A stretch of DNA of 64,000 nt from Paracoccaceae bacterium (GTDB lineage: Bacteria > Pseudomonadota > Alphaproteobacteria > Rhodobacterales > Rhodobacteraceae): assembly GCA_030148005.1 (NCBI GenBank), contig JASBUI010000011.1, positions 1,557 to 65,556 on the forward strand. Reading direction: 5' to 3'. The notes below the pieces were generated by a model that was not told the DNA's origin, ran no database searches, and saw only the letters and a list, made by a program, of their open reading frames with translations. Position numbers and translations under genes: made by a program. Below are positions 47,604 through 56,376 of this stretch, in pieces; position 1 is the first letter of the stretch, and each line of letters opens with the position of its first letter.

Positions 47604-49112
47604 ATGGTTGGTACGAAGATGAAGCCTTTAAACACTGTTGCCCAGAACACATGGGCGTTTCTGCGCGACCCGATGATCGCACCAACCGGATTTCGTGAGT
47701 ATGACGCGCGCTGGAAATACCCTGATGACATCAATCTGCCGGGCATAACCGCGCTTGGGCTTGGGCTTGGCACGCAGATGCACCGCCGCGGGATCAAACC
47801 CGAGATTACCGTCGGCAACGATTACCGCGACTATTCGCTGTCGATCAAGAACGCGCTGATGCTGGGGTTGATGCAAGCGGGAATTCACGTGCGCGACATC
47901 GGTCCCGCGCTGTCGCCCATGGCATATTTCAGCCAGTTTCATCTGGACGTGCCAGCGGTGGCGATGGTCACCGCATCGCATAACCCCAACGGCTGGACCG
48001 GGGTGAAGATGGGCTTCGAGCGTCCGCTGACGCATGGCCCCGACGAGATGGCAGAGCTTCGCGATATCGTTCTGAATGGCCTTGGTGAGCATCGCGATGG
48101 CGGCCGCCTGAGCCAAGAGAGCGGCGTGCGTGAGGCCTATCTTGATGATCTGGCAGGCGACTTTCACATGACGCGCCCGCTTAAAATTGTCTGCGCGACA
48201 GGCAACGGCACGGCGTCGGCATTTGCCCCCGAACTTCTAAGGCGGATCGGGGTCGAGGTTGTGCCGCTGCACACTGATCTGGACTATACCTTTCCGGCCT
48301 ACAACCCCAACCCCGAAGCGATGGAGATGCTGCACGACATGGCGCGCGCCGTGCGCGAAAGCGGCGCTGACATGGCGCTGGGCTTTGACGGCGACGGGGA
48401 TCGCTGCGGCGTGGTGGATGATGAGGGCGAAGAGATTTTTGCCGACAAGGTCGGGGTCATCATGGCGCGCGATCTGGCCAAGCTTTATCCCGGTTCCACC
48501 TTCGTTGCGGATGTGAAATCGACCGGGCTTTTCGCTTCGGACCCCGAACTGAAAAGGCTGGGCGCCAAGGCTGACTACTGGAAGACCGGGCACAGCCACA
48601 TGAAGCGCCGCGTGCATGAGATTGGCGCATTGGCCGGCTTTGAGAAATCCGGCCATTACTTTTTGGCCGAACCGGTTGGGCGCGGCTATGACTGCGGCAT
48701 GCGGGTGGCTGTCGAGCTGTGCAAGCTGATGGATCGCAACCCCGGGCAAAAGATGTCGGACCTGCGCAAGGCGCTGCCGCGCACCTATGCCACGCCAACC
48801 ATGTCGCCGCATTGCCCTGATACCGAAAAGTACGAGGTGCTAGAGCGTATCGTGGGGCGCCTGACCGATCTGGCGGCCAAGGGCGGCACGCTGGCCGGCC
48901 GATCCATTGCGCAGGTGGTCACGGTCAACGGTGCGCGTGTTATCCTCGACAACGGGGCATGGGGCCTTGTGCGCGCATCCTCGAACACGCCCAATCTGGT
49001 TGTGGTCTGCGAAAGCCCCGAAAGCGATGCAGAGATGCGCGCAATCTTCGCAGACATCGATGCGATCGTGCAGACCGAAGATCAGGTTGGCGCCTACGAC
49101 CAAACGATCTGA
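47604..49112 (+). CDS. Phosphomannomutase/phosphoglucomutase
   Basis: The active-site loop is VTASHNPNGWTG, the Mg site is GFDGDGDRCGV, and GFEKSGH is present. The start is 47604 or 47619. Confidence 0.9.
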   Translation: MVGTKMKPLNTVAQNTWAFLRDPMIAPTGFREYDARWKYPDDINLPGITALGLGLGTQMHRRGIKPEITVGNDYRDYSLSIKNALMLGLMQAGIHVRDIGPALSPMAYFSQFHLDVPAVAMVTASHNPNGWTGVKMGFERPLTHGPDEMAELRDIVLNGLGEHRDGGRLSQESGVREAYLDDLAGDFHMTRPLKIVCATGNGTASAFAPELLRRIGVEVVPLHTDLDYTFPAYNPNPEAMEMLHDMARAVRESGADMALGFDGDGDRCGVVDDEGEEIFADKVGVIMARDLAKLYPGSTFVADVKSTGLFASDPELKRLGAKADYWKTGHSHMKRRVHEIGALAGFEKSGHYFLAEPVGRGYDCGMRVAVELCKLMDRNPGQKMSDLRKALPRTYATPTMSPHCPDTEKYEVLERIVGRLTDLAAKGGTLAGRSIAQVVTVNGARVILDNGAWGLVRASSNTPNLVVVCESPESDAEMRAIFADIDAIVQTEDQVGAYDQTI

Positions 49113-49264
49113 ACGCTCCGGTTTTAGCGCCCACCGCAGGTGGCGGGCGACCCGCCTGCACGGGGCTGTTCCGGCCATGAGGAAACTCTTTGATATTTTT
49201 CGTCGAACGGGGCTTGAAAGGGCCAGCCTCACGGCGTAATTAGCGGCGCACCGTTGGGGTGTAG

Positions 49265-49339
49265 CCAAGTGGTAAGGCAGCAGTTTTTGGTACTGTGTAT
49301 CGTAGGTTCGAATCCTACCACCCCAGCCATGCACTTCCA
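49265..49339 (+). tRNA. tRNA-Gln (anticodon TTG)
   Basis: The cloverleaf was read by eye. The acceptor arms are TGGGGTG/CACCCCA and the D-arm is GCCAAGTGGTAAGGC. The anticodon stem GCAGT/ACTGT carries the loop TTTTGGT. The T-arm is GTAGGTTCGAATCCTAC, and the CCA is encoded. Confidence 0.9.
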
Positions 49340-49560
49340 CAGAACCTGTGATGCGATGAACGCGGTTTGACGACCGCTCTTTCTTCGTCGTAGCTTCAGA
49401 AGATCCGTGGAGGCCTTGTTACTGCTTCCGCGAACGGGCAGCGCGCCGGAGTGCCGCCCACAGGCAGGCATTGGCAGAATTGTCTGAGCCAGCGCTAAAG
49501 GACAATAGAGCAGTCCAAGCGCGGCCTCTGGGCGCGTTTTTGGCAGGAGGGTAAACCACG

Positions 49561-50022
49561 TTGTGTTTTGTGGCTCGGGTTCGGTGGCCTGCTCTGGCCA
49601 TGCTTTTTGTGTTTTTGGTTTCTGGTTGTGGATTGGTTCTGCCAACTCCATCGCATAGAGAAACAGTAGAGATTGATCCTGCACTTACAAATCCAGAGCT
49701 GACAGATAATTTGCTAGCGATGTTTGCTGAGCAAGGCATTTCGCAGTGTCGCGGAATACCGCGCCGTGACGAAAGTTTGCCTGATTGTTCTATTCCATGG
49801 TGGCAGGGCAATCTAAGCCGTGTTGATCGCGGCGCCGCCATTATAGAGATTGGTGATTTTCCAGCCTATTCAACAAATTCCGTTGGGCATAGCGCACGAT
49901 TTAGGCGTATATCCGGTGACACCTTGGAAATCACGGTCAGGGGTGTTTTCTTCTACTACGGTCCTATTCCAAATGATAAGGTCGCACGCGATCTGGTGAT
50001 GATCATCAGGGATAATTTGTAG
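49561..50022 (+). CDS. Hypothetical lipoprotein
   Basis: AGGAGG lies 10 nt upstream of the TTG. The signal peptide has the lipobox ...AMLFVFLVSGC. The sequence is visibly lower in GC than its neighbours. Confidence 0.5.
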   Translation: MCFVARVRWPALAMLFVFLVSGCGLVLPTPSHRETVEIDPALTNPELTDNLLAMFAEQGISQCRGIPRRDESLPDCSIPWWQGNLSRVDRGAAIIEIGDFPAYSTNSVGHSARFRRISGDTLEITVRGVFFYYGPIPNDKVARDLVMIIRDNL

Positions 50023-50313
50023 CGACTAGCAATGGCATCTTCTAAATCGCAAAAGAAACGACCTTCACAGCGAGGGGCAGGCCGTCATTCAGTTCGCGGT
50101 TATCGGCTTCCAAGCCTGCGTTCGAGCTTCCGCGCCTTGCGTGTTTCGCAGGGGTATCACCGTTCAAAGCCCGGCGTTTCGCCCTGCGTCTTATTGCCCA
50201 CCTAGGCAAAAACAGCCAGAAATCTGCCCGACAGTGCCCGGTTTCCCTTGAGCTACCGGCCAACTTGCCACAAAACGGGTAAAATTTTCTCGGCCCATAG
50301 ATCAGGAGTTCGC

Positions 50314-53178
50314 GTGTCCCTCTTCCTAATCGTTGCTTTGCCTTTCTTTGGTGCATTGCTTCCCGGACTGATGAACTCTGCCGGTCGCCAGGTTTGTGCC
50401 GGCGTGACCTTTACCGTCAGCCTTGCCGCCTTTATCGGGCTTTTGACCAACCTGCCGGCCGTTCTGGCCGGAGAGCTGGTGACCGCACGGCTGGAATGGA
50501 TACCGATGCTGGGCCTCAACGTGACGTTGATGCTGGACGGGCTGGGTTTCTTCTTTGCGCTTTTGATCCTTGGGATCGGTCTGCTGATCATCCTTTATGC
50601 GCGATCCTATCTGGCGCGCGAAGACAACATGGGTGAGTTTTTCACTTACCTTCTGTTGTTTCAGGGTGCGATGGTGGGCATCGTTCTTAGCGACAACATA
50701 TTGATGTTGCTTGTTTTCTGGGAGCTAACTTCACTCTCGTCCTTCCTGCTTATCGGTTACTGGAAACATCTGCCCGCAGGGCGGCAGGGCGCGCGCATGG
50801 CCTTGACCGTTACCGGGCTAGGCGGGCTGTCGATGATCGGTGGCATGCTGATCCTTGGGCAGATCGTGGGCAGCTATGATCTTAGCGTCATCTTGCAAAG
50901 CCGCGATATCATTCAGGCCTCGCCGCTGTATCTTCCGGCGCTGATCCTGATCCTCGTGGGTTGTTTTACCAAGTCAGCGCAGTTCCCGTTTCATTTCTGG
51001 TTGCCGCATGCCATGGCCGCGCCGACGCCGGTTTCGGCTTATCTGCACTCGGCGACGATGGTCAAAGCGGGGCTGTTCCTGATGGCGCGGATGTGGCCGG
51101 TTCTGTCAGGCACGCCGGAGTGGTTCGTGATCGTGACCACGACGGGACTGGTGACCATGTGTCTGGGCGCGGTGATTTCGCTCTTCAAACATGATCTCAA
51201 GGCGCTGCTGGCTTTTTCCACCGTCAGCCAGTTGGGTTTGATCACCATGATGCTGGGCACGGGCACCGCGTTTGGGGCATTGGTGGCGATATTCCACATT
51301 CTCAACCACGCGACGTTCAAGGCGGCCCTTTTCATGTCGGCGGGGATTATCGACCACGAGGCGCATACCCGAGACATCCGGCGTCTTGGCGGTCTGCGCA
51401 AGCTGATGCCCGTGACTTTTGTGATTACGACGCTTTCGGCCCTATCGCTTGCCGGGATTCCGTTCCTCAATGGGTTCCTTTCCAAGGAAATGATGCTGAA
51501 AGAGGCAACCTATACCGTCCTGTTTGGCAGTCCGTGGCTGGTGCCTGCACTCGCGACATTCGGTTCGCTGTTTTCGGCGTCCTATTGTTTCCGCCTGATC
51601 GGGCACACCTTTTTTGGCCCGGTGCGCGACGACTATCCGACCAAGCCGCGCGATCCGCCCGCCGGTCTGTGGTTGCCGGCGGCGTTTCTGGTGGTGCTGG
51701 TCGTCGCGATCGGGGTCGCGCCGTTCCTTGCGGAACCCTTCGTCAAACTGGTGACGGCATCCGTGCTGCGTGACACGGCGGAAATGCCCAAGGCCGATTT
51801 CGAGATATGGGTGGGGCTGGTGCCCGCCTTGTATATGTCCGTTGTCGCCGTCGTGGGTGGTCTGATCATGCTGGCGCTGTTCAATCCCGCCTTGCGCGTC
51901 TGGGACGCGGCCCCGCGCCCCGAGGCCAAGGTCATCTTTGATGCGGTGATCAAGGCCGGCGTGGCCTTTGCTCGGGGTGTGATCCACCGGGCGCACGACG
52001 GGGCTTTTTCGCGCTATGCTGCGATCATGGCCATCACGGTGGTTGCCGTGGGATACCATGCCTGGGCAACCGGAACTCTGGGGGCAGAGACCCGCGTTCA
52101 GCAGCTTGCAAACCCGGTTCAGATCGTCGGTTGGCTGATGCTTGTGGCCGCGACGCTGGGGCTTGTTCTTTTTCACCGCAACCGGCTTTTGGCGCTGATC
52201 CTGATCGGGATCGTCGGCCTTGTGGTTTCGGCCGCCTTTGTCTTTTTCAGCGCGCCGGATCTGGCCATGACACAGCTGACGGTCGAGGTCGTGACGATCA
52301 TTCTGCTTTTGCTGGCCCTCAACTTTCTGCCCAACCGCACTCCGATCGAAAGCACCGTTCTTTTGCGCACGCGGGACGGGGCGATTGCGGTGATGACGGG
52401 TCTTGCGGCAATGGCGCTGTCATACCACTACCTGCTGCGCGGCACGGTTTCGCCAAGCATTTCAGAGTTCCATCTGGCCAATTCCTATAAGGGCGGCGGC
52501 GGCACCAATGTTGTCAATGTGATCCTCGTCGACTTTCGCGGGTTTGATACGTATGGCGAGATCATTGTTCTGGGGATCGCGGCGCTGATCATCTATGCGC
52601 TGACCGAGACTTTGTTGTCCGGCCCGGTCCGGGCGCGCCTTTTGAACCGCAAGCCTGATCAACCGCGCGCGGGCAACATGCATCCGATGATGATGGTCGT
52701 GATGACGCGGGTGATCATGCCCATCGTGATGATGGTTGGCTTTTACATCTTCCTGCGCGGCCATAATGAGCCGGGGGGCGGCTTTATCGCCGGTCTGATC
52801 GTGTCGATTGGCGTTGTGATGCAATATATGGCTAGCGGTTTTGCCTGGACGTCGGCGCGGCTTCGCTATCCCTATCACGGTGTGATCGGGGCGGGCGTTC
52901 TGATTGCGGGGCTGACAGGGATCGGTTCGTGGTTCTTTGCCAAACCTTTCCTGACCTCAGATTTTACTTACGTTCGCATTCCGCCGTTCGAAAAGTTTGA
53001 ACTGGCGACTGCGGCGCTGTTTGACCTTGGCGTCTTTCTGGCTGTCGTTGGCGCGGTGATGCTTTCGCTTGAAAGTTTCTCACGCCTTGCGCGGCGCGCC
53101 CATGTGCCGGATGCCGAGCACCCGATGGATATCGATCCATCGCGCGACATTCCTGATCCAAAGAAGCTGGAGGCATAG
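50314..53178 (+). CDS. mrpA: Monovalent cation/H+ antiporter subunit A (fused MrpA+MrpB / PhaAB type)
   Basis: The GTG at 50314 has AGGAG 5 nt upstream. The N-terminal domain is NuoL-like (WLPHAMAAPTPVSAYLHSATMVKAG) and an MrpB-like polytopic tail follows. The ORF-track start 50248 is probably an over-extension. Confidence 0.9.
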   Translation: MSLFLIVALPFFGALLPGLMNSAGRQVCAGVTFTVSLAAFIGLLTNLPAVLAGELVTARLEWIPMLGLNVTLMLDGLGFFFALLILGIGLLIILYARSYLAREDNMGEFFTYLLLFQGAMVGIVLSDNILMLLVFWELTSLSSFLLIGYWKHLPAGRQGARMALTVTGLGGLSMIGGMLILGQIVGSYDLSVILQSRDIIQASPLYLPALILILVGCFTKSAQFPFHFWLPHAMAAPTPVSAYLHSATMVKAGLFLMARMWPVLSGTPEWFVIVTTTGLVTMCLGAVISLFKHDLKALLAFSTVSQLGLITMMLGTGTAFGALVAIFHILNHATFKAALFMSAGIIDHEAHTRDIRRLGGLRKLMPVTFVITTLSALSLAGIPFLNGFLSKEMMLKEATYTVLFGSPWLVPALATFGSLFSASYCFRLIGHTFFGPVRDDYPTKPRDPPAGLWLPAAFLVVLVVAIGVAPFLAEPFVKLVTASVLRDTAEMPKADFEIWVGLVPALYMSVVAVVGGLIMLALFNPALRVWDAAPRPEAKVIFDAVIKAGVAFARGVIHRAHDGAFSRYAAIMAITVVAVGYHAWATGTLGAETRVQQLANPVQIVGWLMLVAATLGLVLFHRNRLLALILIGIVGLVVSAAFVFFSAPDLAMTQLTVEVVTIILLLLALNFLPNRTPIESTVLLRTRDGAIAVMTGLAAMALSYHYLLRGTVSPSISEFHLANSYKGGGGTNVVNVILVDFRGFDTYGEIIVLGIAALIIYALTETLLSGPVRARLLNRKPDQPRAGNMHPMMMVVMTRVIMPIVMMVGFYIFLRGHNEPGGGFIAGLIVSIGVVMQYMASGFAWTSARLRYPYHGVIGAGVLIAGLTGIGSWFFAKPFLTSDFTYVRIPPFEKFELATAALFDLGVFLAVVGAVMLSLESFSRLARRAHVPDAEHPMDIDPSRDIPDPKKLEA

Positions 53179-53179
53179 C

Positions 53180-53539
53180 ATGGAATTTCTTGTTGCCTCA
53201 GCAATCGGCGTCCTGACGGCGGCTGGCATGTATCTTGTGCTGCGCCTGCGGACCTTTCCGGTGATCATGGGGATGTCCCTTTTGACCTATGCGGTGAACG
53301 TGTTCCTCTTTGCCTCTGGGCGGCTGACGGTTGGGGCGCCTCCGATCCTTGGCGACGGCGCTACCTATACCGATCCGCTGCCTCAGGCTTTGGTTCTGAC
53401 GGCTATCGTGATCTCATTCGGGATGACGGCGGTAATCGTGATGATTGCCTTGGGCGCGTATCTGGGCGCTGATGACGACCGCGTTGATGATCCCAAACCG
53501 CAAGACGAAACGCCGACCAAGATCGAGGATGCTCCATGA
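53180..53539 (+). CDS. mrpC: Cation/H+ antiporter subunit C (NuoK-like)
   Basis: MEFLVASAIGVLTAAGMYLVLRLRTFPVIMG. It has 3 TM segments and its position in the operon fits. Confidence 0.85.
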   Translation: MEFLVASAIGVLTAAGMYLVLRLRTFPVIMGMSLLTYAVNVFLFASGRLTVGAPPILGDGATYTDPLPQALVLTAIVISFGMTAVIVMIALGAYLGADDDRVDDPKPQDETPTKIEDAP

Positions 53540-55080
53540 CCCATTGGATGATCCTGCCGATCGTGCTGCCGGCGTTTCTGGCGGCATTCATCGTTCTTGC
53601 GGCCAACTACCATATCCAGATCCAGCGCGCGATTTCGGTTGCTGGCGGGCTTGGCCTTGTCGCTGTGGCCGCTGGTCTGGCATGGCAGGCATCGGACGGG
53701 ACGGTCACACTTTACCAGCTTGGCGACTGGGCGGCGCCTTTTGGCATTGTACTGGTCGCTGACCGGCTTTCGACCCTCATGGTGCTGTTGACCGCCGTCC
53801 TTGGGCTGGTGGTAATGCTTTATTCTATCGGCTCTGGCTGGGACAATCGCGCGCGGCATTTCCATGCTCTCTTTCAGTTTCAACTGATGGGTCTGATGGG
53901 CGCCTTCCTGACGGGGGACCTTTTCAACCTCTTCGTTTTCTTCGAAGTTCTGCTGATCGCCTCTTACGGGCTTATGATCCACGCGGGCGGAACCAAGCGT
54001 CTGCGCGCAGGCGTTCAATACGTTCTTTTCAACCTCCTTGGTTCGACGCTGTTTCTCTTTGCCTTGGGCGCGATCTATGCAGAGACCGGAACGCTGAACA
54101 TGGCGGATCTTGCGCAGCGGGTTCAGCTGATCAGCCCCGATGCGACGGTCGGGATCAGGATCGCCGCGGTTCTTTTGCTGATGGTCTTTGCGATCAAGGC
54201 GGCGGTTGTACCGCTTCATTTCTGGCTGCCGTCCAGCTATGCCGAGGCGCCCGCGCCGGTTGCTGCACTTTTTGCAATCATGACCAAGGTCGGAGCTTAT
54301 GCGATCATTCGCGTCTATACGCTAATTTTTTCGCCAGAGCTTGAGGCGACGGCGGGTCTGCATGGTTGGTGGCTGATGCCGGCGGCGCTGGTTTCGCTTG
54401 GTATCGGGATGCTGGGCGTTCTTGCCGCAAAGCGCCTTGACCGGATGATCGCGTTTTCCGTGATCGGGTCGATGGGAATGGTCATGGTGTCTATCGCGCT
54501 GTTCACGACTGCGGGCATGACGGCGGCGCTATATTACATCGTGCATTCGACGCTGGCGGCTGCGGCCCTGTTCCTGATCGCTGATCTTGTGCGCACGGGG
54601 CGCGACAGTGTCGAACTTACGCCGCAGGCGCCGATGGCGGGGGGCGCGCTGACCGCCGGGTTCTACTTTGTTGCGGCAATCGCCATGGCCGGCCTGCCGC
54701 CGCTTTCGGGCTTTGTTGGCAAGCTGCTTGTACTGCAGGCCAGTTTTGACACCGGAGATGTTGTTTGGGTCTGGGCCGTCATCCTGTCATCAAGCCTTGT
54801 TGCGATGGTCGGATTTGCCCGCGCAGGCAGCGTTCTGTTCTGGAAGGCCCATAGCGTGGAAGCCAGCGAAGAGACGCCGAGCCCTGCCGCGCCAGCCGTG
54901 CTTTCCTATGTGGCGGTCGGCACGCTTATCGCGCTGCTAGTGGCCCACACGATTTTTGCCGGGCCGATTACACGGTACACTTCGGCAATCTCTGGCCAGC
55001 TTTTTGCGCCGGATCGTTACCTGTCGACCGTACTGGACACGCCGGGCAAAATGTCCAAGCCATCGGATAAGGCGAAATGA
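53536..55080 (+). CDS. mrpD: Cation/H+ antiporter subunit D (NuoN/M-like)
   Basis: ATGA overlap with mrpC. Motifs FNLFVFFEVLLIASY and HFWLPSSYAEAPAPVAALFA. Confidence 0.9.
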   Translation: MTHWMILPIVLPAFLAAFIVLAANYHIQIQRAISVAGGLGLVAVAAGLAWQASDGTVTLYQLGDWAAPFGIVLVADRLSTLMVLLTAVLGLVVMLYSIGSGWDNRARHFHALFQFQLMGLMGAFLTGDLFNLFVFFEVLLIASYGLMIHAGGTKRLRAGVQYVLFNLLGSTLFLFALGAIYAETGTLNMADLAQRVQLISPDATVGIRIAAVLLLMVFAIKAAVVPLHFWLPSSYAEAPAPVAALFAIMTKVGAYAIIRVYTLIFSPELEATAGLHGWWLMPAALVSLGIGMLGVLAAKRLDRMIAFSVIGSMGMVMVSIALFTTAGMTAALYYIVHSTLAAAALFLIADLVRTGRDSVELTPQAPMAGGALTAGFYFVAAIAMAGLPPLSGFVGKLLVLQASFDTGDVVWVWAVILSSSLVAMVGFARAGSVLFWKAHSVEASEETPSPAAPAVLSYVAVGTLIALLVAHTIFAGPITRYTSAISGQLFAPDRYLSTVLDTPGKMSKPSDKAK

Positions 55081-55081
55081 T

Positions 55082-55582
55082 ATGGTAAAGCTGTTCAACT
55101 GGTTGTTGCCGCACCCCTCTCTTACCGCGCTTCTGACGCTGGTATGGATACTGCTGCAGAACGAGTTCTCGGCCGGGATGGCGGTCTTTGGCCTGATCCT
55201 TGGCATTCTTATCCCGATTGCGACCTCGCCATGGTGGCCCGACAGGCCGCAGAATATCGCCGCCCTTCGCATGGCCGCGTACTGCTTTCTGGTCGTCTGG
55301 GACATCATCCTGGCCAACATTCAGGTCGCATGGATCGTTCTGACCAAGCCAAACGCCAAGATGAAGCCGGCCTGGATCGTCATTCCGCTGGAATTGCGGA
55401 CGCCTGAGGCAATAACGATCCTTGCCGGAACTATCACCCTTACACCCGGAACGGTGTCGGCGGATTTATCCGAAAGCGGCCTAAGCCTTCTTGTTCACGC
55501 GCTGGACGCCGAAGACCCGGACGCGGTGCGCGACGAGATCAAGAACCGCTATGAGAGACGCCTGAAGGAGATCTTCAAATGA
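55082..55582 (+). CDS. mrpE: Cation/H+ antiporter subunit E
   Basis: The start MVKLFNWLLPHPSLTALLTLVWILLQ lies 1 nt after the mrpD stop. The sequence has an MnhE-like TLTPGTVS motif. Confidence 0.8.
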   Translation: MVKLFNWLLPHPSLTALLTLVWILLQNEFSAGMAVFGLILGILIPIATSPWWPDRPQNIAALRMAAYCFLVVWDIILANIQVAWIVLTKPNAKMKPAWIVIPLELRTPEAITILAGTITLTPGTVSADLSESGLSLLVHALDAEDPDAVRDEIKNRYERRLKEIFK

Positions 55583-55866
55583 CCCTTGCGAGCAATCTTA
55601 TGATCTGGGCCCTGAACGGGTCATTCATCATGGTGGCACTTGCCCAGATCCTTGCGATGATCCGGCTGTGGATCGGGCCAAGCGTGGGTGATCGCATCCT
55701 TGCGCTGGATACGATGTTCATCAATGCCATTGGTCTGATCGTGCTTTTGGGTATTTCGCAGGGCACCCAGATATACTTTGAGGCGGCCCTTATCATCGCG
55801 ATGCTGGGCTTCGTTTCAACCGTTGCCTATGCCCGGTTCGTGCTGCGCGGGGACATCATCGAATGA
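55579..55866 (+). CDS. mrpF: Cation/H+ antiporter subunit F
   Basis: ATGA overlap; 95 aa with 3 TM segments; motif RLWIGPSVGDRILALD. Confidence 0.85.
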   Translation: MTLASNLMIWALNGSFIMVALAQILAMIRLWIGPSVGDRILALDTMFINAIGLIVLLGISQGTQIYFEAALIIAMLGFVSTVAYARFVLRGDIIE

Positions 55867-56246
55867 CAACCTTGATTGCCACCATAGCCATCGCCCTTTC
55901 GCTGCTGATCGGTACGATTTTTACGCTGGTTGCGGCCATTGGTCTGTTGAAACTAAACGATGGGATGACGCGGCTTCACGCGCCGACAAAGGCCGGAACG
56001 CTTGGGATCGGCGCCTATCTTTTGGCCTCGATGATCAACTCCTACACCTTCGGTGAGGGATCGTTGCACGAGTTGCTGATCATGGGGTTCTTGTTCGTAA
56101 CCGCGCCCGTTTCGGCAAACTTCATTGCCAAGGTTCATATCCATAGCAGGGCATGCATGCCGCCGCCGCCGGCACCGGATGACGAAATTTGGTCGACCCT
56201 CAACGTTCCTGAAGAGGATCGCGAGATAGAGGAAGCCAAGCCCTAA
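55863..56246 (+). CDS. mrpG: Cation/H+ antiporter subunit G
   Basis: ATGA overlap; motif RLHAPTKAGTLG; it is the last gene of the operon. Confidence 0.85.
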   Translation: MTTLIATIAIALSLLIGTIFTLVAAIGLLKLNDGMTRLHAPTKAGTLGIGAYLLASMINSYTFGEGSLHELLIMGFLFVTAPVSANFIAKVHIHSRACMPPPPAPDDEIWSTLNVPEEDREIEEAKP

Positions 56247-56376
56247 ACCCTTAAAAATCAGGGAAAAAGGCGCCACGCATCGGGCGTTTTCTCTCGGCGT
56301 TGTCCCGTCACAGGGATACATGGTGACCCTACGGCACGAATCGAATTAGACTTTCGGATCGTAGGGGGGCGTAACG

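Noticed and set aside
50248-56246. The mrp/pha operon as part of a system with the downstream giant ORF.
   Set aside because: The six genes form a complete, tightly overlapped (ATGA junctions) canonical antiporter operon. A 130-bp gap with a weak hairpin separates it from the giant ORF, and there is no functional rationale linking them. The adjacency is noted only as context.
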